Shown one piece after another: positions 1-6,234 of a stretch of 6,634 nt of DNA. Origin of the DNA: PVC group bacterium (GTDB lineage Bacteria > GCA-001730085 > JADFSZ01). The DNA lies in assembly GCA_022560555.1 (NCBI GenBank), contig JADFSZ010000098.1, forward strand, positions 1 through 6,634, in the 5' to 3' direction. Position 1 is the first letter of the stretch. The number at the start of each line of letters is the position of its first letter. A program made the position numbers and the translations under genes. The notes below the pieces were generated by a model. It was given only the letters and a program-made list of their open reading frames with translations. It did not search any database and was not told where the DNA came from.

Positions 1-902
1 CATTTTCCAGCACAGGGGATACAGTTGAATTAGCCGCGCCCGGTGTCAATATCACATCAGTCAAGCTCGGAGGGGGATATGTTTCTTATAACGGAACATC
101 TATGGCATCCCCTCATGTGGCTGGTGTGGCCGCTCTCGTGATTCAATCCGGAATCACGGATAGCGACGGAGACGGAAATGTTGTCAATGAAGTTCGTGAA
201 CGTTTGCAGATAACCGCGGATGACTTGGGAGATCCGGGACGTGATCCGTATTTTGGTTTTGGACTTGTGGACGCGGCCGAAGCGTCAACCCCTATCGGTC
301 CTGTTAATCACGCGCCAACTGTCACAATCACTCAGCCGAACAATAGTGATACTTTTGATTCTTCTGTTGTAGTGGATTTTCAAGCGACAGCTGATGACCA
401 GGAAGAAGGTGATGTGAGCACGAATATTATTTGGAGCTCCAGCATCAATGGCATTATAGGGTCCGGTCCTTCAGTCGCGGTCGTCCTCAGCGATGGAGAG
501 CATACAATCACAGCCTCCGCGGATGACAGTGAAAACGCGACAGGCTCAGATTCGATCAATATCACTGTTGGAACACCCCCTCCACCTCCACCACAAACTG
601 CTCTTTCCGTCAGTGTCTCAACGGATAAACCTAGTTATGTGAAACGCGACAAAGTTCTTATCACCATTGTCGTCACGGATGGCACTAATGCCGTTGAGAG
701 TGCAAGCGTAAATGTGACTATCGCAACGGCTAACGGAAAAGGACTTGCGGGAAGCGGATTTACAAATAGCGATGGAATAGTGCTTTTCGAGTACAAAGTC
801 AATCCTAAGCGAGATGGTGTGGGCACATACAATGTGGATACCTTTGCCTCTAAATCCGGATTTGATTCCGGAGGAGCCTCAACCACATTTGATGTCAACT
901 AA
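1..902 (+). CDS. Subtilisin-like (peptidase S8) serine protease, 3' fragment (5' end outside window). Catalytic-Ser region followed by an Ig-like beta-sandwich domain, a poly-Pro linker and an MG2-like domain.
   Basis: The frame is open from nt 3 and reads FSSTGDTVELAAPGVNITSVKLGGGYVSYNGTSMASPHVAGVAALV. GTSMAxPHVAG is the canonical subtilase Ser-active-site signature, with the Ser codon TCT at 99-101, so the track's ATG at 102 is internal. The protease domain ends with the typical FGFGLVDAAEA. Next comes NHAPTVTITQP...GEHTITASADDSENATGSDSINITVG (Ig/PKD-like pattern), then PPPPPPP at about 575-595. The last domain starts TDKPSYVKRDKV, resembling the TDKPiYkPGqtV hallmark of alpha-2-macroglobulin MG2 domains. 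Stop TAA at 900-902 is followed by a hairpin terminator. Confidence 0.93.
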   Translation, partial: FSSTGDTVELAAPGVNITSVKLGGGYVSYNGTSMASPHVAGVAALVIQSGITDSDGDGNVVNEVRERLQITADDLGDPGRDPYFGFGLVDAAEASTPIGPVNHAPTVTITQPNNSDTFDSSVVVDFQATADDQEEGDVSTNIIWSSSINGIIGSGPSVAVVLSDGEHTITASADDSENATGSDSINITVGTPPPPPPQTALSVSVSTDKPSYVKRDKVLITIVVTDGTNAVESASVNVTIATANGKGLAGSGFTNSDGIVLFEYKVNPKRDGVGTYNVDTFASKSGFDSGGASTTFDVN

Positions 903-934
903 CTAAAAACTTCACACAAAAAATATTTCTATAA

Positions 935-969
935 GGGCAGATACATGTTATGCATCTGCCCTTTTTTTT
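935..969. terminator. Rho-independent terminator between convergent genes. It is strong for the + strand protease gene and may be partly used by the - strand gene.
   Basis: GGGCAGAT (935-942) pairs with ATCTGCCC (954-961) across an 11-nt loop, followed by T8 (962-969). On the minus strand the same stem is followed by TTATAGAAATATTTTTT, a poorer U-tract. It lies between the stop at 902 (+) and the stop at 1004 (-). Confidence 0.8.
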
Positions 970-1003
970 GCAAAAACAAACACAACAAAACATGCAAACA
1001 GAA

Positions 1004-1519
1004 TTAGCTTTTACTTTTCGCAAGCGAAAAAAAGCTTAAAACCCCGATTCCTAAAAAACTGTACAATGTGAGCCATAAGCCGTAAGCGATCTTGACTTCT
1101 AGCAAGAATTTACTCATATCAGTCGTGGTAATCTTAAAAAGAGCGAAAACAAAAACGGCAATGCCGGTAATACCGATCAAAATTTTAACAAAATCCATTT
1201 TACGAGCATAAGACCACAATGCGAGTAAAATCAATCCAAGACCCGGAACAAGCCAGACAAAGAAGCTTTTTTTATCCACATTTTTTACATCGGGAGCAAA
1301 AAACCTGATGATGGTAATGGCCAGACGAGAGGCATCACTATTCGCCCTAATGGGGATCTGAAAGCCGCTGATTTGATCCACAGTATTTTGACGCTTTCCT
1401 GTAAGCATTTTGGCAAACGTTCCAACGTGTGTCGACTCAACTGTCACCCACGGTAGAAAAAATGAAACAACAATCACAGCGACTAGAATTGTCACGACCT
1501 TATTGATTAAATGGCTCAT
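1004..1519 (-). CDS. Hypothetical integral membrane protein, 171 aa, about 4 TM helices with a roughly 60-aa loop after TM1.
   Basis: The ATG has a good SD: the minus strand reads AAAAGGAGCGGATATG, with AGGAG about 6 nt upstream. Hydrophobic segments are VVTILVAVIVVSFFLPWV, FFVWLVPGLGLILLALWSY, ILIGITGIAVFVFALFKI and AYGLWLTLYSFLGIGVLSFFSL. I recognise no family motif. The gene fills the gap between terminator and intergenic region with no competing ORF. Confidence 0.75.
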   Translation of the reverse strand: MSHLINKVVTILVAVIVVSFFLPWVTVESTHVGTFAKMLTGKRQNTVDQISGFQIPIRANSDASRLAITIIRFFAPDVKNVDKKSFFVWLVPGLGLILLALWSYARKMDFVKILIGITGIAVFVFALFKITTTDMSKFLLEVKIAYGLWLTLYSFLGIGVLSFFSLAKSKS

Positions 1520-1595
1520 ATCCGCTCCTTTTTGAATGGGCCTATTTTATATAAAACCGATGCAAACGAAAGGGATTTTATTGTATGATCTTGGG

Positions 1596-1629
1596 GGTAT
1601 AGGAATACCTTCGCGTATCGTATATACGC
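1596..1629. promoter_or_regulatory. Two adjacent short perfect palindromes in the divergent intergenic region, possibly an operator pair or twin hairpins. Function unknown.
   Basis: GGTAT-agga-ATACC lies at 1596-1609 and GCGTAT-cgtat-ATACGC at 1613-1629, 3 nt apart. Both share a GTAT...ATAC core. They sit about 77-110 nt upstream of the minus-strand start (1519) and about 130-165 nt upstream of the sigma start (1761). Confidence 0.3.
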
Positions 1630-1670
1630 AAAGTGCTGATAAAAATCGACTTAAACAATATAAATTGTTT

Positions 1671-1700
1671 GTAACTTTCGTTGCCTCCGGGTGTATTAAT
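1671..1700 (+). promoter_or_regulatory. Candidate promoter for the sigma/anti-sigma operon, with an ECF-like GTAAC -35 element and a T/A-rich -10 region.
   Basis: GTAAC (1671-1675) resembles the G-x-AAC -35 core of ECF promoters. After a 16-nt spacer comes TGTATTAAT (1692-1700). It lies about 60 nt upstream of the ATG at 1761. The -10 region does not match the common ECF CGTC-type motif, so this call is weak. Confidence 0.25.
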
Positions 1701-1760
1701 GAGTGAGATGTATCCGGAGACGCTCAAAGCTTAAGCTGAACAAAGAAAGAAAAGGAAACG

Positions 1761-2360
1761 ATGGACGTCAACCTAAACACGCATAAAACCGATGAGGATC
1801 TCATGGGTGCCATAAAAATGGGAGACAAGACAGCCTTGGAGGAGATTTTCGGACGATACAAATCAAGAATTTTCCGATTTGCTTTTTCCATGCTTCGAAA
1901 CCGGGCTGACGCCGAAGACAGTACGGGGGATGTGTTTCTTTCGATTTATCGAAAAAGACACACCTTTAATACCGGCGCTTCTTTTTCACCTTGGATTTAT
2001 GCGATCTCGCGCAACCGGTGTCTGAATATGATCAGAAAAAAGAAAAAAATCTTTTTTATGAGCCTGTTCGGAACTCATACCGGGGGAGGAAAAGCGTCCG
2101 TCGATATTCCTGATGACCGAAGCACTCCATCTGAAGAAATGGAGAAAAAGGAACAAATACAACATGTTCGTCTGGCCATTGAACGATTGCCGTACGAACA
2201 ACGGGAAGCGATCACATTGAGACAATATCACGGATTTACTTATGATGACATCAGCCGGATTCTCGAATGTTCTTTGGAAAAAGTGAAAATCCTGATTTAC
2301 CGGGCCAAAGAACAGCTTCGACGGGATTTGGCGAGTTATATAAGGGAGGAGTCCCTATGA
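1761..2360 (+). CDS. ECF-type RNA polymerase sigma factor (sigma-70 family, sigma2 + sigma4 domains), 199 aa.
   Basis: SD AAGGA lies at 1752-1756. Region 2 reads RIFRFAFSMLRNRADAEDSTGDVFLSIYRKRHTF...FSPWIYAISRNRCLNMIRK (DAED...F and W-Y-I-x-RN-x-C motifs). Region 4 reads LPYEQREAITLRQYHGFTYDDISRILECSLEKVKILIYRAKEQLRRDL, a helix-turn-helix. The stop TGA at 2358-2360 overlaps the next gene's ATG. Confidence 0.92.
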   Translation: MDVNLNTHKTDEDLMGAIKMGDKTALEEIFGRYKSRIFRFAFSMLRNRADAEDSTGDVFLSIYRKRHTFNTGASFSPWIYAISRNRCLNMIRKKKKIFFMSLFGTHTGGGKASVDIPDDRSTPSEEMEKKEQIQHVRLAIERLPYEQREAITLRQYHGFTYDDISRILECSLEKVKILIYRAKEQLRRDLASYIREESL

Positions 2361-4459
2361 ACGAAGAACAGATCAAACAACTGATTGCCGCTTATGTGGA
2401 TGGAGAATTGACCGGAGACGAAAAAGATCTAGTCGAAAACTCCATTGCCGACTCCAAAAAGTGGCAAACGTATTATCAAGAGTTAACAGGGCTCAACAAA
2501 ATCCTTGATGATTGTCCTCAAGAATCCCTTTCTCCCGATAAGGAGATGGATATTCGCTCCCGGCTCACCCAGGAGACAAATAGAGAGGACAAAACCATGA
2601 ATACAAAATCAAACACAATGAAAATCGGTATTACGGGTGGCGCTTTTGTGATCATCACAGCTTTTTGCCTGATGATACTCCCTGAATATCAAAAAGAAAT
2701 TCCACAACTCACAAAATCCATTGCCGGTGGGAAAACCGATGAAGGAAGGATTGATTATAAAGAGAAGGCGGTTTTAAAAGATAAAGGTGAAAGTGTAAGT
2801 GAATCCGATATGTCTCAAGGTGCGGATTTGGAGCTGATGAGTCAGCCTGAGCTTCGTCGAGAATTTGCCAAAGAAGCGAAACTGATGAGTCAGAAGCGAA
2901 CTCGGAGTTTTGAGGTTGCATCAACGAGCCATTTAGCAGTCGCTCCCGCTTCTGAGATGTATGCAGAGGACTTTGCATATAGAGTAGACGCTCAATTGCA
3001 CTATGAACCCACAAGAGACTTTAACACCGAGGCGTATAACCGTATTTATGAAAATGAATTCAAGAGCGTTGTGGATGAAGCTCTTTCGACATTTTCGATT
3101 GATGTGGATACCGCTTCGTACAGCAATGTCCGGCGGTTTCTCACTCAAGGTCAATTTCCGATCGCGGATTCGGTACGGATAGAAGAATTGATCAATTATT
3201 TTTCATATCAATATCCTCAACCGGAAGGAGACAAACCGTTCTCAGTGTCGATCGACGGCGCCGTATGTCCGTGGAACACGGATCATCAGCTTGTGAGAAT
3301 CGGACTTCAAGGAAAAACACTTTTGGCCGAAGAAATCCCTCTGTCCAATCTTGTGTTTCTTCTGGATGTGTCCGGCTCCATGAACAGTCCGAACAAACTG
3401 CCTCTTCTCAAATCCGCACTCAAAATGCTGGTTAATCAGTTGTCAGCGAATGAAAAGGTAGCCATTGTTGTTTATGCGGGAGCGGCGGGTGTCGTGCTTG
3501 AATCCACGCCGGGGGATGATAAACAAAAGATCATCGCTGCCTTGGATCAACTGCAGGCCGGCGGATCCACAGCGGGCGGCGAAGGGATCAAACTGGCGTA
3601 TAAAATCGCGAAGAACAATCTGATTGTCGGCGGAAACAACCGCGTGATTTTGGCTACAGACGGGGACTTTAATATCGGCGCATCCAGTGACGCGGAAATG
3701 GAACGCTTGATCGAAGAAAAAAGAAAAGACGGGATCTTTCTCACAGTTCTCGGATTTGGGATGGGGAACTATAAAGATTCCAAGATGGAAATCATCGCGG
3801 ACAAAGGAAACGGAAACTATTTCTATATTGACACGGAACGTGAGGCCAAAAAAGTACTTGTCGAAGAACTAGGATCAACGTTGTTCACGATTGCCAAAGA
3901 TGTCAAAATTCAAGTTGAATTTAACCCGGCGAAAGTCAAAGCGTTTCGTTTGCTTGGTTATGAAAACCGTATTCTCGCGCATCAGGATTTTAATGATGAC
4001 ACCAAAGACGCGGGCGAAATCGGTGCCGGCCATACTGTAACAGTCCTTTATGAGATTGTTCCGGCGGACAGCCAGGAGCAATTTCAAGATGTGGATGACC
4101 TTAAATATCAAAAACAACAAATTGTCGAGAGCGATGACATAATGACGGTGAAATTGCGGTATAAAAATCCGGATGAAGACACCAGTCAGCTGATCGAGCA
4201 GGTGATCACCGAAAAGGATATTGCTAAAGAGTTGTCGGGTGATTTTCAGTTTGCGGCGTCTGTCGCGGAGTTTGGTATGATTCTCAGAGGCTCTGAATTT
4301 AAAGCAGATGCGACATATACGCATGTGATTCAATTGGCCGAACAATCCAAGGGCGAGGATAAATTTGGTTACCGGGCCGAGTTTATTGAGCTGGTCAAAA
4401 AAGCCCAGGGACTCGATACCCGTTCTGCGGATGGCGCAATCCAATTTAAAGGTCAATAA
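2357..4459 (+). CDS. Membrane anti-sigma factor fused to a YfbK-type von Willebrand factor A ectodomain, 700 aa. Order: anti-sigma domain, 1 TM, linker, vWA N-terminal domain, VWA/MIDAS, DUF3520-like C-terminus.
   Basis: The true start is ATG 2357-2359, with GGGAGGAG at 2344-2351 and an ATGA overlap with the sigma stop. The N-terminus MNEEQIKQLIAAYVDGELTGDEKDLVENSI is the classic anti-sigma AYvDGEL helix, and no H-x3-C-x2-C zinc motif is present. A single TM IGITGGAFVIITAFCLMIL lies at about 2624-2683. From 3092 comes FSIDVDTASYSNVRRFLTQGQFPIADSVRIEELINYFSYQYPQP, the vWA N-terminal domain seen in E. coli YfbK. The VWA domain has MIDAS DVSGS (3365-3379), GGSTAGG and ATDGD (3653-3667). The C-terminus VKIQVEFNPAKVKAFRLLGYENRIL...GHTVTVLYEIVP is a DUF3520-like pattern. 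Confidence 0.9.
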   Translation: MNEEQIKQLIAAYVDGELTGDEKDLVENSIADSKKWQTYYQELTGLNKILDDCPQESLSPDKEMDIRSRLTQETNREDKTMNTKSNTMKIGITGGAFVIITAFCLMILPEYQKEIPQLTKSIAGGKTDEGRIDYKEKAVLKDKGESVSESDMSQGADLELMSQPELRREFAKEAKLMSQKRTRSFEVASTSHLAVAPASEMYAEDFAYRVDAQLHYEPTRDFNTEAYNRIYENEFKSVVDEALSTFSIDVDTASYSNVRRFLTQGQFPIADSVRIEELINYFSYQYPQPEGDKPFSVSIDGAVCPWNTDHQLVRIGLQGKTLLAEEIPLSNLVFLLDVSGSMNSPNKLPLLKSALKMLVNQLSANEKVAIVVYAGAAGVVLESTPGDDKQKIIAALDQLQAGGSTAGGEGIKLAYKIAKNNLIVGGNNRVILATDGDFNIGASSDAEMERLIEEKRKDGIFLTVLGFGMGNYKDSKMEIIADKGNGNYFYIDTEREAKKVLVEELGSTLFTIAKDVKIQVEFNPAKVKAFRLLGYENRILAHQDFNDDTKDAGEIGAGHTVTVLYEIVPADSQEQFQDVDDLKYQKQQIVESDDIMTVKLRYKNPDEDTSQLIEQVITEKDIAKELSGDFQFAASVAEFGMILRGSEFKADATYTHVIQLAEQSKGEDKFGYRAEFIELVKKAQGLDTRSADGAIQFKGQ

Positions 4460-4488
4460 GAGCCTAGCTTGATCAATAACGTCATATT

Positions 4489-4522
4489 CATGGGAGGGCC
4501 AAAAGCCCTCCCATGCTTTTTT
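4489..4522 (+). terminator. Strong rho-independent terminator of the sigma/anti-sigma operon.
   Basis: CATGGGAGGGC (4489-4499) pairs perfectly with GCCCTCCCATG (4505-4515) across the loop CAAAA, giving an 11-bp GC-rich stem. It is followed by CTTTTTT (4516-4522) and lies 30 nt after the stop at 4459. Confidence 0.9.
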
Positions 4523-4612
4523 AAAATCCTAATATTCATACAATTGTGTTTTATGAATTTGAAGGTAAGAGTAGGCCCGAAATTGATATAAGTATATAAA
4601 AATAAAGATCTT

Positions 4613-4621
4613 TGCTATAAT
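4613..4621 (+). promoter_or_regulatory. Extended -10 sigma-70-type promoter element for the glycosyltransferase operon.
   Basis: TGcTATAAT has TG at 4613-4614 and a consensus TATAAT at 4616-4621. No convincing -35 sits at 17-bp spacing; TTGATA at 4583-4588 is too far away. That is tolerable for extended -10 promoters. It lies downstream of the terminator and about 55-85 nt upstream of the candidate starts. Confidence 0.5.
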
Positions 4622-4704
4622 ATTTTTTCGTGAAAAATCTAGGTTATGAGTTCTTTTTAATCGCTATATTCTGAGTGAAAGGCAAGAAGGATGAAGCAGA
4701 TGTC

Positions 4705-6234
4705 ATGGTAAAAAGAGACGTTTACATAGCCATTATACTATTTGCTTTAGGCATCGTGACACGCATCCCGTTTATGAGCAAAGTTTTTTATTATTGGGAT
4801 TGTGTCAACTATGCGCTGGCATTAGAAGATTTTAATGTTGCTGAAGGTCGTCCGGGAGCGCCGGGTTATTTCCTTTATATCATGTTGGGAAAGCTCATGC
4901 ATCTGGTTATCGATGACCCAAATGCATGTTTTGTTTGGCTTAGTGTCGTGGCATCAGGTTTAGGGGCCGCGCTCATATTTGTATTAGGAAATATGATGTT
5001 TTCGAGGTGCGTGGGCTTGAGCGCATCTCTTTTATTTTTGACCAGTCCTCTTGTATGGTTTCATGGCGAGATTGCATTTCCTTATGTTCTCGAAGGGACT
5101 CTAAGTGTTGCATTGGCGTGGTTGTGCTTTCAGACGTTAGGACAGCCACGGTTGGCCTATGGTATTGGGGGAGCTCTCTTGTTGGCTGTGTTGGGCGGTC
5201 TACGGCCACAGGGAATGATTTTTTTGTTTCCACTTTGGATTTATGGAATTCACAAACTTCGTCAGAGGGATATGCTTTTGACGCTATGTGGTTTGGGTAT
5301 GTTTGTCCTCATGTGGGTTGTTCCAATGGTAATATTGTCAGGGGGGTGGCTAGCCTATTACGATGCCATCCGGACGGGTAGTTCGACATTACAGGTTAGC
5401 TCCATCAAAGAATTTGGTATGAGTGTGTGGGAAAATAGCGAAAAATACTTTCGGTACCTGATGAAGGCTTGTACCATAGGATTAGGTGTTCTCGTTTTTG
5501 GAATTCCGCTTCTGGTAAAACACAAAAAAGTGTTTGAAAAAAAATCCACAAGAATTCTCCTTGCTTGGATTATTGGTCCTTCGTGCTTTTTTATTTTGAT
5601 ATATCTTGGAAATCCCGGCCACTTATTCACCTGTTTATTTGCGTATTTTTTGGTTGTGGCGATTGTTATTGAGCATCTTACGCGAAATAACAAAACTCTT
5701 GGAAGTATTCTGCTTGGGATTTGTATTTTTGTGAATATCGGTGTGTTCCTGGTTGATACTCATCCTGATCGTGTGTGGCACAAAAAAACATGGTATCGAG
5801 CATCCGATTTGCAAAAAAAGAATCAATATGTTTTAAATAAAATTGAGTATATTCGGGAAAATCTGGATCCGAAAAGCACGATTCTTCTTGCGGATACAGG
5901 AGGGTCGGGGCATGTGCCGCAGCTGGCGTACTATCTACCCCAATTTAGGACATATAGTTTTCTTGCTGTACGGGCACAGGGACAAAGAAGCGTGTTGTAT
6001 TCAAAGGGGGATAAAACACTTGCACAAATGGATATCGATAGCCCTTTTCTCATTCCGACGGAAGTAAAAACAATTGTTTTATTTGATTCCAAATACGAAA
6101 AAGCTTTTGATTTCTCATCAGGAGCCTATGCACGAATCAAGTTGTCCGATGGGGTGGAGATCGTTTTGACGTATCCTGAAAGCAATAATTATTTAGAAGT
6201 GGATTATCAGTCGTTATCATTGGTCAGATTATGA
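4705..6234 (+). CDS. GT-C-fold polytopic membrane glycosyltransferase (DUF2723/TMEM260-like, PMT_2/ArnT superfamily), about 509 aa, with a roughly 150-aa C-terminal soluble domain.
   Basis: There are about 11-12 hydrophobic helices. After TM1, the first loop reads YYWDCVNYALALEDFNVAEGRPGAPGYFLYIMLGKLM. This resembles the GDsgE...HPPGYPLY...LG first-loop signature of DUF2723-type GT-C enzymes, with an acidic residue (D, 4798-4800) at the usual catalytic-loop position. The start is ambiguous: ATG 4705 (chosen; AAGGA lies 13 nt upstream) or the track's GTG 4675 (no SD). The stop TGA at 6232-6234 overlaps the next ATG. Confidence 0.75.
   Translation: MVKRDVYIAIILFALGIVTRIPFMSKVFYYWDCVNYALALEDFNVAEGRPGAPGYFLYIMLGKLMHLVIDDPNACFVWLSVVASGLGAALIFVLGNMMFSRCVGLSASLLFLTSPLVWFHGEIAFPYVLEGTLSVALAWLCFQTLGQPRLAYGIGGALLLAVLGGLRPQGMIFLFPLWIYGIHKLRQRDMLLTLCGLGMFVLMWVVPMVILSGGWLAYYDAIRTGSSTLQVSSIKEFGMSVWENSEKYFRYLMKACTIGLGVLVFGIPLLVKHKKVFEKKSTRILLAWIIGPSCFFILIYLGNPGHLFTCLFAYFLVVAIVIEHLTRNNKTLGSILLGICIFVNIGVFLVDTHPDRVWHKKTWYRASDLQKKNQYVLNKIEYIRENLDPKSTILLADTGGSGHVPQLAYYLPQFRTYSFLAVRAQGQRSVLYSKGDKTLAQMDIDSPFLIPTEVKTIVLFDSKYEKAFDFSSGAYARIKLSDGVEIVLTYPESNNYLEVDYQSLSLVRL

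Noticed and set aside
380-898. Minus-strand ORFs 380-565 and 635-898, opposite the protease gene.
   Set aside because: They are shadow ORFs opposite a gene with clear subtilase and beta-sandwich domain signatures. No start context or recognisable motifs.
1536-1706. A 56-aa ORF (MGLFYIKPMQTKGILLYDLGG...CINE) spanning most of the divergent intergenic region, below the track's length cutoff.
   Set aside because: No SD precedes its ATG, which sits 17 nt from the divergent gene's start. The sequence has no features of a real peptide, and it would overlap the likely promoter and operator elements of both flanking genes.
2267-2356. The track's 730-aa ORF starts at ATG 2267, giving a 30-aa N-terminal extension (MFFGKSENPDLPGQRTASTGFGELYKGGVP) on the anti-sigma-VWA protein.
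   Set aside because: This stretch lies entirely inside the 3' end of the sigma gene in another frame and has no SD. ATG 2357 has a strong GGGAGGAG SD, makes an ATGA stop/start overlap, and opens directly onto the conserved anti-sigma N-terminal helix.
2834-2893. An exact 12-nt direct repeat CTGATGAGTCAG at 2834-2845 and 2882-2893, in frame (LMSQ...LMSQ), 48 nt apart in the anti-sigma linker.
   Set aside because: By rough count, one exact 12-mer recurrence is about what chance predicts in a 6.6-kb window. It lies in a low-complexity linker, so at most it is a small internal duplication with no evident function.
3875-4456. A 193-aa ORF on the minus strand, antisense to the VWA/DUF3520 region. 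Smaller antisense ORFs lie at 2709-3014, 2933-3154, 3547-3744 and 1986-2231.
   Set aside because: All are fully embedded opposite strongly supported genes. Their translations are low-complexity, R/K/I/F-rich and motif-free, as expected for shadow ORFs.
1-4459. The idea that the S8 protease is the site-1 protease of the sigma/anti-sigma-VWA switch, or that protease + VWA form one conflict or defence system.
   Set aside because: The protease gene is separated from the sigma operon by its own terminator and an oppositely oriented gene. Predicted topology puts the VWA module outside the cell, unlike cytoplasmic vWA-MoxR type systems. Adjacency alone does not support a functional link.
4484-4558. 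The 8-nt repeat ATATTCAT at 4484-4491 and 4532-4539, and the inverted repeat ATTCATA (4534-4540) / TATGAAT (4552-4558) around a CAATTG core, upstream of the glycosyltransferase promoter.
   Set aside because: These are short, AT-rich and lie about 60-80 nt upstream of the -10 element. They are compatible with chance in AT-rich spacer DNA, with no second copy elsewhere in the window to suggest a regulon motif.
4646-4711. Mini-ORFs in the glycosyltransferase leader. MSSF-stop lies at 4646-4660. MKQMSW-stop lies at 4691-4711, with its stop just downstream of and overlapping the region of ATG 4705 (tcATGgTAA) and GAAAGG 8 nt upstream.
   Set aside because: These could be leader peptides or a reinitiation device, but 4-6-codon ORFs arise easily by chance in A/T-rich leaders and I have no conservation data. 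I kept them only as a caveat on the start-codon choice (4675 vs 4705).
4973-6067. Alternative-frame and antisense ORFs inside the glycosyltransferase gene: 5007-5381 (+), 5843-6067 (+), 4973-5233 (-), 5358-5693 (-) and 5635-5826 (-).
   Set aside because: They overlap a continuous 509-aa polytopic membrane ORF with coherent TM periodicity. They have Cys/Arg/Trp-rich or otherwise implausible compositions and no SD sequences.
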